This document shows positions 42,501 to 52,945 of a stretch of DNA of 64,000 nucleotides, piece after piece; the first letter of the stretch is position 1; every line of letters starts with the position of its first letter. The stretch is taken from NCBI GenBank assembly GCA_032718475.1, contig JAUCBJ010006846.1, forward strand, positions 24,329-88,328, read 5' to 3'. Source of the stretch: Nemertoderma westbladi (taxonomy: Eukaryota; Animalia; Xenacoelomorpha). Position numbers and translations under genes: made by a program. A model generated the notes under the pieces. That model ran no database searches. It had not been told where the DNA came from and was given only the letters and a program-made list of their open reading frames with translations.

Positions 42501-43417
42501 TTATGCTCTCAAACTACATAGGATTCTGTTGTCACTCGATTCGATTCTAATTAGGTTGAAGAACCTCACTGATAATTATGCTCTCAAACTACATAGGATT
42601 CTGTTGTCACTCGATTCGATTCTAATTAGTTTGAAGAACCTCACTGATAATTATGCTCTCAAACTACATAGGATTCTGTTGTCACTCGATTCGATTCTAA
42701 TTAGTTTGAAGAACCTCACTGCTAATTATGCTCTCAAACTACATAGGATTCTGTTGTCACTCGATTCGATTCTAATTAGGTTGAAGAACCTCACTGTTAA
42801 TTATGATCTCAAACTACATAGGATTCTGTTGTCACTCGATTCGATTCTAATTAGGTTGAAGAACCTCACTGATAATTATGCTCTCAAACTACATAGGATT
42901 CTGTTGTCACTCGATTCGATTCTAATTAGTTTGAAGAACCTCACTGATAATTATGCTCTCAAACTACATAGGATTCTGTTGTCTCTCGATTCGATTCTAA
43001 TTAGTTTGAAGAACCTCACTGATAATTATGCTCTCAAACTACATAGGATTCTGTTGTCACTCGATTCGATTCTAATTAGGTTGAAGAACCTCACTGTTAA
43101 TTATGCTCTCAAACTACATAGGATTCTGTTGTCACTCGATTCGATTCTAATTAGTTTGAAGAACCTCACTGTTAATTATGCTCTCAAACTACATAGGATT
43201 CTGTTGTCACTCGATTCGATTCTAATTAGGTTGAAGAACCTCACTGATAATTATGCTCTCAAACTACATAGGATTCTGTTGTCACTCGATTCGATTCTAA
43301 TTAGGTTGAAGAACCTCACTGTTAATTATGCTCTCAAACTACATAGGATTCTGTTGTCACGATTCGATTATAACTAGGTTGAAGAACCTCACTGTTAATT
43401 ATGCTCTCAAACTACAT
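12559..43417. repeat. 75-bp satellite array, ~30.9 kb, ~413 monomers
   Basis: Consensus aggattctgttgtcactcgattcgattctaattagtttgaagaacctcactgttaattatgctctcaaactacat. Includes 73-bp (2-nt deletion) and 74-bp variants. Uninterrupted, single orientation. Confidence 0.99.
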
Positions 43418-43846
43418 CGGAATTCTGCGATCAGGAGTCTTGCATAAAATTGGAGCACATGATAACACTTTTCAAATTTCTAATTTATTAATAATTTATA
43501 GATGGATTGCTTGTTTCATGTATTCTATTAACGGTGCCCCAAACCAAATTTAAAAATATCTTTAATGTTAAATGATGATTTAAAAAAAAGTAGGGAGAAT
43601 CATTAAGCAATTTAAATTGTTCTAAATTTATTTTTTCAAAAAGTTACCCCAATATTCAATAATGTACATACCTTTTAAGTTAAACAAATTATAAATTTAT
43701 TTCACATAAATAATAAGTTATCTAAGTAAAATAATAATCAATTTGTTAATTTTCAATAGTATTATATAGTCTTCTTTTGGTAACGATACTATTAATTAAT
43801 CCGTCCAACAATTTATTTCCTATTGAAAATTTTATCGATAGAATAT

Positions 43847-44815
43847 ATGGCGAACCATAAAGTACATTATTCAGAGATTCAGAAGGCTTCGGATCCAGTG
43901 GAGGAGAATGGTATTGAAACCCCGATGACGTCACCAGAGAGCGGAGTTGAGAATGAGAGGGGAAATGGGAGAAGTATAAGGTCAGGAAGAAGAATGAGGG
44001 TTGTAATGGCTGGTGTAGCAGTGGCAGTTGTTTTGGTTGTCGTGGTAACAACCTTGGCCGTAGTCTTACCTACATCTGCTACCACATCCACGCCTACATC
44101 TGTTCTCGCATCCATTCCAATATCTAATCCTACGCCTCCTGCAACCATTATTCCTACATCCACTCCAAATTCTCTCGCATCCATTTGCACAAATACCCTG
44201 GTAAACTCCATCGCTATCGTCAACCACAAATACGGCCTAGGAGGATCTATTAGATGCGACAACTCTGTCCCTGATGGACCATGGTTGGTTATTCAGAGGC
44301 GGGTTAATGGAGAGCAGAATTTCGAGTTAGATTGGAAGCAGTACGAGTCTGGTTTCGGAAATATTACAGAAGATTTCTGGCTCGGGCTGGAAAATATCCA
44401 TAAATATTGTGAAGGCGGTGTGGTACTAAGGGTGGATCTTTGGTACAAAGGCCAACACAAGTACGCCGAGTACCAGAATTTTAGTATTGGAGGTTCAAAC
44501 AATAATTACACTCTATATATATCCCAGTACAACACCGACAGCACTGCTGGTGATTCAATACTTTACAGGGCTTATGATTGGCGTTACTACCTCAATGGAT
44601 CCCAATTCTCCACATACGATCGCGACAACGACAAGTGGTCGGACAGACAGTGCCATTACAAACAAGGAGGTTGGTGGTTTAATGGCTGCAGCTTGTCCAA
44701 CCTAAACGGTGTCTATGGGGAGGGGTATCAGAAGGGACCTTATTGGTACACATTCACCCACCCTGAAACCTGGCTAATGATGGATACAGTAGAGATGAAG
44801 ATACGAGTTCACTGA
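43847..44815 (+). CDS. Fibrinogen-related protein (FReD) with N-terminal cytoplasmic tail, type II transmembrane anchor and S/T/P-rich stalk; intronless
   Basis: First ATG at 43847, 322 aa. TM segment VVMAGVAVAVVLVVVVTTLAVVLP follows basic RSIRSGRRMR. FReD motifs: WLVIQRR..NF..DW..Y..GFG...FWLGLENIH, LRVDL, YAEY..F, AGDS, FSTYDRDND, GGWWFNGC..SNLNG, EMKIR. Confidence 0.93.
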   Translation: MANHKVHYSEIQKASDPVEENGIETPMTSPESGVENERGNGRSIRSGRRMRVVMAGVAVAVVLVVVVTTLAVVLPTSATTSTPTSVLASIPISNPTPPATIIPTSTPNSLASICTNTLVNSIAIVNHKYGLGGSIRCDNSVPDGPWLVIQRRVNGEQNFELDWKQYESGFGNITEDFWLGLENIHKYCEGGVVLRVDLWYKGQHKYAEYQNFSIGGSNNNYTLYISQYNTDSTAGDSILYRAYDWRYYLNGSQFSTYDRDNDKWSDRQCHYKQGGWWFNGCSLSNLNGVYGEGYQKGPYWYTFTHPETWLMMDTVEMKIRVH

Positions 44816-44957
44816 ATCTACAAACCTTAACTATTAATTATATAATTCAGTTACTTAGATTTTATTATTGTAATTGTTTAATTAGAGTAATTTACTTATG
44901 TAGCTTACATGTATTACTTTAATTGTAGTATTTAATTATTTATTTTGTTTATGTGTG

Positions 44958-46560
44958 AATGTGGTGCGGATCAGTTCTGTGCAGGCGTTAAAGCGGGCAT
45001 CGAGGGTGGAATCCATGCCATGTCAGCATTATTCGATGACCAATCCACCGACTGTATGCTCCTCATTGATGCAACAAACACCTTTAACTCCCTTAGCCGC
45101 CCAGTCGCCCTCATGAACTGCCGTCGCTACTGGCACCGATGCTCCAGGTTTCTTTATAATGCCTATAACGGGCATGCTGCATTATACCTCCATGGGAGTG
45201 AGGAGCCACTTCGGAGTGCGGAGGGAATGACTCAGGGTGATCCCCGCGCCATGCTAATGTATGGGTGTGGCACCTTGCCTCTAGTCCGTGCCCTCAAACA
45301 GGCTCAGTCTGAGAGAAAAGACAATGCAGAAGACCCTTTGAGCACCACCACACCATCTCCACAGCCCAGGCTCAGTCAGTCTAGTATCCCAGGCAACATC
45401 TCGGCTTCATCGACCACCAGCACTGCCACTGTAGACACCAACAGCATGCAGCCTCAGCAAACCTTAATCACCACCTCAGGTCCTACTGAGACAAGTCGCC
45501 AATGCTGGTTCGCGGATGACTCCGCGAGCGAGGCCAGGCAAGCTAGCCACTGTTTACAAATGGTGGATCCAGCTCACCGCCAGGGGCCCCAAGATAGGCT
45601 ACAACCCAGAGCCCATCAATTGCTATCTGGTGGTAAAGCCCGGGCTGGAAGAGCAAGCTCGTACCCTATTCGGGAAGTGGAATATACAAGTGGTCACAGG
45701 CCACAAATTCCTGGGTGGGTTCATAGGCGACTCCGACGGGCGCAAGCAATTCGTGAAAGACAAAGTAAGAGGATTGGTACACAGTATAACCAAGCTCAGT
45801 GAGGTAGCAGAGGAGTACCCTCAGACTGCCCACACTGGAATGTCTCGATGTGTACAGCAGGAGTGGGACTACCTCCTCCGAGTGGTCGATACAAAGGCGA
45901 GCGATACAGAGCCAAAACAATCTGCCCTCCTTCGCCCTTACATTCCTGCACTCTTTGGTACTCCATCAGCCACTGATCCAGTCAATACGAATCTTTTTCT
46001 GCTGCCCGCCCGCCATGGTGGCATAGGAATTCTGGACCCGGTCACAAGGATTGAACCATCACAGGCAGCTTCTATCGCTGGAACGGTGATGATAGTCGAG
46101 TCCATCATGACTGGTAATGACCTCCGAGTGGTTGATCATCAGACGACCCTCAAAACAGCCATGACACAGTGCAGGACAGAGCAGGAGGCAGCCTTCAAGG
46201 CTACCATGGAGTCTGTACTCGAATCGATTCCACCCAACCACCGTCGAACAGTTACCCGGACAGCTACCAACAAGCTTGGCGGCTGGCTGACTGCCCAACC
46301 TTCTGCACTAGACAACACAGACCTGGATCCAGAAGTATTCCGAGATGGACTCGCTCTCCACTATGGCCTTACACCACCAGGACTGCCAGCCGATTGTGAG
46401 GGATGTGGTCAGCCTTTCACCTGCACAGAGCACACATGCCTTCAGCTGCAAGACTGGTGGCTTAGTCATCAAGCGGCATAATGAGGTGAGAGAGGTTTTT
46501 GGAGACCTCATTGCGGCGGTAGTTGGGAAATCGTTGTTCGAACGCGAGCTCTTAAGTCAA
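44958..46560 (+). mobile_element. CRE-like non-LTR retrotransposon fragment (RT to C-terminal zinc finger), frameshifted and truncated at both ends
   Basis: RT motifs QFCAGVKAGIEGGIHAM, LLIDATNTFNSLSR, GMTQGDP, WFADD, then GPKIGY, FLGGFIG, LPARHGGIGI, CEGCG...HAFSCKTGG...RHNEVR. Frameshifts near 45530 and 46430. Confidence 0.85.
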
Positions 46561-47707
46561 ACTCGTAAGTCCCGACGAGCAGGGTTAACCAGCTACTAAC
46601 AGGTTGCCATCAACAAACTCTAGGAGACCCCAACGTGTGCTAACGAGAACGCATAGAAACATATATTCATATTCCGAATTATATTCGATAACCATAATAT
46701 TGTGCTTTAAAATTATTTCAACTTATGCCACTATATAATTATCGCCCAGCACTGAGTATTGGTCACCAAGTCTTTCATTTATTTATGGCGGGTGGGTAGT
46801 TATTTTTTTATTATTTTTATTATTATTTTTACTATATATTTTTAGTGTTAAATTAAATTTAACTATTTACGTATATTTGTGTAATTTGAAACAACTATAA
46901 ATAATATCGTCCTATTATTGTATTATTCGTTATACCGTATTTTACCGTTTATTCGTATTATAATATTACTTATGCATTGCTATCCTATATATTTTCTATA
47001 TCATATTGTCAATTAGTAAGAATTAATATTATATTGCCATTTACGGTTGTTTCCTTTTGTTTACTTGAATGTCTAAGTCCACATACATTAGGTAGCTTTT
47101 TATAATACTCTGTTTGAGACCCTGATTAATTAAATTGTTATCAATAGCCGTAATTGTTCTCATATTGTTCACAGATTTTACTAAATCACATCTGCTTTAA
47201 ACATTCCTAGATCTGGCCAAATTTTGCCTATCAATAAAACTTGTGATATTTGCGGAATTTTCATTAAAATAAAAACAAAACTGATAACTTTTAAAATTTC
47301 CAATACACAGTTCAGTTACATATTGTACCGCATTGTTTTGTAAATTTTGTGCAAGTCAATAAATAATTGTAAAAAAATAAAAGAGGATTACAATTCCTAT
47401 ATACAGTATATATATATTATTTAATGACTTTCGGGAAAGAAAACACTAAATACAAACAAATAATTCACCGAATTAACAAATCCATCACAAACCATCTAAA
47501 TTACTAAATAGAGAGTTACACAATTATCAAACTTAGCAAGTCCACCAATAATGGTTCAAATTAAATTATAATCATTATGTAAATATCAAGCTTACAATAA
47601 TTAAGATTTTATAATAAATAAAAATACAGAATTTATTATAATCGAATCTAATTCAATGTGTCTATAATAGCGGTTATAAATTTCGCTATAGCCGATATGG
47701 GAAATTA

Positions 47708-50700
47708 CTACTACTACTACTACTACTACTAGGTCGAGCGAACTCGGACAGCGGAAATGAGATCCTTCCAGGCTTCCCGATTCTCCATAGTTGTCGCAAT
47801 TTCGTTTCTCCCAAGTTCAGTATCCCTTTCAAGTTGATCTATATATGTTATGGCTGGTCGTCCACGACTACGTTTTCCATGAGTTGGTTACCAGAAAAGT
47901 AGATCTGGTATGACCTCGTCTTTACTTCGCCAGCAGTGCCCACTGAATCTTAATCTGCGTTCACGGAGGGTGGTTGATACATGTGGTATTGTACCATAAA
48001 GCTCGGCGTTTGTCATGTGTTGTCTCGAGCTGATGTTTAGGGCTGCCCTTAGTAGTCTTGTGTAGCAACCATCAATTCGTTGTTCAAGTGATTTAGTCAG
48101 TGTCCAGGTTTCTCCCCCGTATAAAAATACACTTTCCACTGTGGCTCGAAAGAACTTAGTCTTCAGGTGCCTGGAGAGATCTGATTTCCAGATGGTATCC
48201 ATTTTTGATAGAGCTACCCAAGCCTTTGCTTTCCTAACTTCTAGGGCTGCCCTTAGTAGTCTTGTGTAGCAACCATCAATTCGTTGTTCAAGTGATTTAG
48301 TCAGTGTCCAGGTTTCTCCCCCGTATAAAAATACACTTTCCACTGTGGCTCGAAAGAACTTAGTCTTCAGGTGCCTGGAGAGATCTGATTTCCAGATGGT
48401 ATCCATTTTTGATAGAGCTACCCAAGCCTTTGCTTTCCTAACTTCTATGTCCTTTTTGCTACTCTCTATCCATGATCCAAGGAACTGGAAGTCGTCGACC
48501 TTCCTTAGTTGATTATTGTCAATGGTTGTCATGTTTCCATCAACATTAAAGGTCATGAATTCGGTCTTGGTAGCATTTATATGCAATCCAACACCTTAGC
48601 AGCCCTCTCCACTTTATTTAGTAGAAGCTGTGCATTTGCTAGCGTATTATAGAACAGGGGATGTCATCCGTAAAGTCGGTGTCTGTGACTGTAGTTGCCG
48701 GATATCTACTACTTCCGCGTTCTTGAAGTGTGAATCCCAGATCTTTACCCTTTGTGGCCGTCCTCATTGCGTAATCCAGCACAATTACAAATAGTAATGG
48801 TACTAATGTGTCACCTTGCAGTACGCCAGCCAGGATTGAGAAAAACTCAGTTTCACCATCTGGTGAGAGTACCTGCGCTTCTTTGTCACAATATAACAAT
48901 CCAATGCCAGCAACAATTACTTCTGGTATTCCATAAGCTCTTAGGATTTCAAGCATTTTGCTTCTATGGATTGAGTCGAATGCCTTCTTGAAGTCCACAA
49001 AACCCATGACTGTGGGGAGATTGTTTGACATAATTCCTTCAATTAGTCTCCGTAGTGCAAGTATCTGAGCTATTGTTGATCAGTTTTCCATACCTCCGCT
49101 GGGATTTCATCTAATCCACTCGCTTTATTATTGGACATGCTTTTAATGCTTCTTTGGAGTTCGGCAGGTGTGAAGTCCCCTTTTTCTATAGGTAGTGTCT
49201 TGTCATATATTTTCCTTGTAGGGCTGACCTCGATGTTTGGTGGCTGCCAAGCAAGTTGCTGAAGTGATTTTTCCACTTCCCATCACGTTCTTCAGGACTA
49301 TCGGCTTTGAGGCGCCCCTTTGCACAACTTTTCCGACCAGATACCTCATTTGCAGTTTGCCAGGTAAGCAGGTATTGTTGCTGTATGTGAGCAGTTGTAA
49401 TTACTTCAATTTTATCCTGTATGTACTTTTCCTGGCTGATGTTGTAGGCTACGTAATTTGAGATCGTCCTTAGCTTTCTCAACCTTGTTAATGTTTTCGG
49501 TTGTTGGTTGTTCGGTTTTAACTTTGTAGGCTATCTTAAGATCTTCTCTCTTACAAGTAACCTCAGAGTTTTGCCATGGCACATACTGTTTTCGTTTGGG
49601 TTTCTGGGGGATATGCCTCTTTGCTGATTCCTTTTGGGCTGTTATTATATTCTGGTATATTGAATCGGTGGACTGGTCTTCATCCATTGACTGAAGTGCT
49701 TCAAAGCGGTTTTGAACTTCTACTGTGTAAGCATCATTTACTGCATTGTCTGTTCTGAGTTTCTCCCAGTCATAGTTGATTTGCTTGCTTGTCCTGGTTT
49801 TGCTGGCTCTCAAACTGAGTTTGATCTCTGCAGTCACAATTCTGTGGTCCGTACCAATTAGGCTGAACGAGCTGTATGTCTCGCAGTTGATCATGCTGTT
49901 TCTCCATTTTGGGTTTATAAGGAAGTAATGCAGTTGTGCTTTGGTTACATTAGGGCATTGAAAGGTCCATAAGCTCCCCCTTACTCTTTTCGAATGTATT
50001 GTTTGTTGGTATCAATTCACATTCTTCCATTAGGTCTAAAAGTAAGTACCCATTTCTGTTAGAACTGGTGTTATAGGTGTAACCCTTGATGTCTTCTGGG
50101 CCAATTTGCGCATTCAGGTCACCAGCAATGAATTTAACATTGTGTTTTGGAATGTCCTTTATAAGTCCAGTCAGATCTTCATTAAACTTGACTGCTTGTT
50201 CTGGCTCTGAGGCATTGGTTGGACTGTAGCAACATATAACTGTTGTCTTGGGATTCCCATCAAATTTCATTTATAGATTCGATGTCGTTTAGGGTCTTAA
50301 GTGCAAATGGGCTTAGCAGAATTCCTACTCCGCCAATTGATGCATTGGCCGAGTTTCTTACTGCTGAGCTTGTTACTAACGTCCATCCATTTCCAATGTC
50401 ATTGTACTTCATGGCAGTGTCTTCATGACAAATCCGATTTTCTTGGATGCAAATGATGTCGATGTTATATTCCATTGCCACAGCAACCATGTCACCCTGT
50501 TTGCTATGTGATTTAAGCATGCGTGCGTTCATTGTAGCAATCTTTTGTGTCTTTTTACATTTCAACAGGTTGGTTCTTCTTTCTTCTCTGTCTTCTGTTC
50601 CAGTAGCCAATTTATCGACCCCAGCCTGGTGTACCACTGAGGGACGCGGTCCTTGTTGAACCGGGCGACGACCGAGCCGGTATTTCTCCTGGATGGTTCT

Positions 50701-51162
50701 CATACTCATATCTTTCAGTTGCGAGAGTAAACCGCTTGTGGTCGCAACTCCTACAAGCGTCTTCGCAGTAGGTCGCCGGTGGTTGATTACCTTCCGCCGA
50801 CCTTGTCAGGATGTCTAGCCGTTGGTTGATTACCTTCCGCGCCTATCCATACAGCCCTGCTGCCAACTGTAGGGGTCCTTTTGTTACACCCTGAAACAAG
50901 TGTGCCTCCTGGGTTAGGTATCCAGTATAGACATAGCGGGGCGTGTATCATCTCTATTGCAGATGCGTATCAAGCCTTTGCTTATGGTGCCCTAGGCGCT
51001 ATAGCCCTCAATGACTTATTTAGTTGACGGGGTTAAAACCAACCCACTCTTGATTAACTAAATGATGACAATGAGTAGGCTACTGGCGCTTATCGGGCCT
51101 GCCCTACTGGGCTGACAGCTACAGGTAGTACCACATTACTGCCATAGTGGTAGCAGGATCTG
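47708..51162 (-). mobile_element. RTE-clade LINE (APE endonuclease + RT), apparently full-length but decayed
   Basis: EN motifs IATMNAR, IICIQE, GGVGILLS, CYSPT, AGDLNAQIG, TDHRIV. RT motifs FVDFKKAFDSI, GVLQGDTL, FTDDI, FQFLGS, FLYGGETW. (AGT)n 3' tail at 47708-47731; 9-bp TSD gggaaatta at 47699-47707 and 51163-51171; multiple frameshifts. Confidence 0.92.
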
Positions 51163-51278
51163 GGGAAATTATCCTGTATAAAACTAGCAGTACTACTGTA
51201 CATACAGTACTGTAAGTAGTAGGAAGAAAGGGTCCCCCCGCCAAGTCCTCCCTATGCTTTTCTATGGGAGTTTGCTCG

Positions 51279-51460
51279 GTTTATTGTTAGGTTAGAAAAT
51301 CCCGTCTCTGTAACCTGCTCCTTTCCCTGATTTGGTAAAGTGACTGTTTATTGTTTTGGTTAGAAAATCCCGCCTCTGTAACCTGCTCCTTTCTCTAAAT
51401 TGGTAATGTTATCGTTTATTGTTTTGGTTAGAAAATCCCATCTCTGTAACCTGCTCCTTT
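51279..51460. repeat. ~68-bp tandem repeat, ~2.7 copies
   Basis: gtttattgtt..ggttagaaaatccc..ctctgtaacctgctccttt at 51279, 51346 and 51414. Confidence 0.85.
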
Positions 51461-52739
51461 ATTGATCTATTGGACCTGGAGACCAAAATAGCACCAAAAA
51501 TGATGGTTGAAATACCAGAAAAAATTTTAAACGAGTTTATCGTGATCAGCGACCTCGAAAACCCTCATACAATGAAAATTGTAATTTTTGAACCAAGATC
51601 TAAAAAAATTTTTTTTATTTGTCTTAAAGGATACTGGCCTTGAAGATGCGGATAATCTCGCGAAAGCCATGGGGGATAAGGAGTTGTGGTGGTACAACTT
51701 TGTTGATAAGCCGGCACAGCATTCTTTTAATGCGTGCTGCATTGGGCTTGCCAATTGTGGATTGCATGGTGGTGCCAAAACGTTTTTGTTATCCCAGCTC
51801 CTCAATGTGCGGCTTCAATGCAGCAGGCCGATTATAGATAGAAGGATAAGGCTCTGCCTACATTATGGCTTGTTTTTTTTTTCGCAACATGGCCTCTTCC
51901 ATATATCGCTGGCTCATTCAGTTCCCAACAACTAAGCTAGGGTGTTAAATTAAAAATCAATAAAATAAAGTCATTACGAACGCTCTGCCTAATGAAATAA
52001 AGAAACTAGATAATCAACATTCTTTTAAATCAGCAGTTAAATCTCACCTCCGCGTGCAATGTAAAAATAGGTACACAATACAGTTTACTGTATAGGGTAA
52101 TTTCATTTTATAAAATTGTACTGTTAGTACACAGTTACATCTTCATCGTTGAGTCGGCGTACTGTATTGTCTCGCTCTCGGTACAGTTGGTAAAGGTTAG
52201 CGTAGTATACTTTAATTAGGTAATATTTTAGGATGGTATTAAAATAGGCACACAGTCAAACACACATACTGTACTTTTGGAAAACGGCCATAGTATGGAA
52301 AACGGCCATTGTATAATATCTATATTATTATATGTGGCTCGCAGTTCTGACATTTCTGACCCCACATAGACATAGCGCATCTTATAACCATCGCCTTCGC
52401 CTTACGCATGAAGTACCGCCCGTGTGGGTGGTTGGGTGGTGACAGTTCGAAATCGAACTAATCGATTCCCCAGTTGAATATCGACCTCCCCTTCGTTCAC
52501 TAGCACTCTGGGTTCGACCAGGGAACCTGCTGTCGGAAAACCTGTTGAGGAATTGGATGGACCCCAGAAGAGTGTCATAGAACAAAGACAAAACAAAACG
52601 TTAGCGCATTACTCATCTCTACTGTACAGTAAATCAAGGCAATCCAAAGCTATAAAGGCGCCTTTATTAGAGTTCGTGGTCCCTTCTTACTATACATTAT
52701 ACAGTACTAACTTCCACCTCCTGATATTGTACATAAATA

Positions 52740-52945
52740 GGGGTGTAAACGCTACGCCGACAAACGACAACCAACACCGACAACCATTATTAAAGCTAAT
52801 TAATGTTAATTATCAATTAAGGGAAAGGAACAGGTTACAGTGGAAGATTATTCTAACCAAAACAATCAACGAGAGTTACAAACGCAGGCTACATTTTCAT
52901 ATTTGCTGTTGTCGGCAGTGGTTGTCGGCGTAGCGTTTACACCCC
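52740..52945. mobile_element. MITE with perfect 24-bp terminal inverted repeats (possibly PIF/Harbinger-like)
   Basis: ggggtgtaaacgctacgccgacaa ... ttgtcggcgtagcgtttacacccc, flanked by ATA on both sides (candidate 3-bp TSD); 206 bp, non-coding. Confidence 0.8.

Noticed and set aside
12836-43377. About 30 long ORFs annotated as LRR-like protein genes
   Set aside because: They arise from a 75-bp (multiple of 3) satellite. Starts come from frameshifting deletion monomers or alternative codons, and there are no flanking domains. Kept only as a speculative finding.
43823-43846. TTG start for the FReP ORF given by the ORF track
   Set aside because: Eukaryotic gene; the in-frame ATG at 43847 is the plausible start.
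11800-46560. The two CRE-like fragments (endonuclease at 12 kb, RT at 45 kb) as halves of one split element
   Set aside because: Opposite orientation, no shared junction or TSD, and the motif styles suggest different subfamilies.
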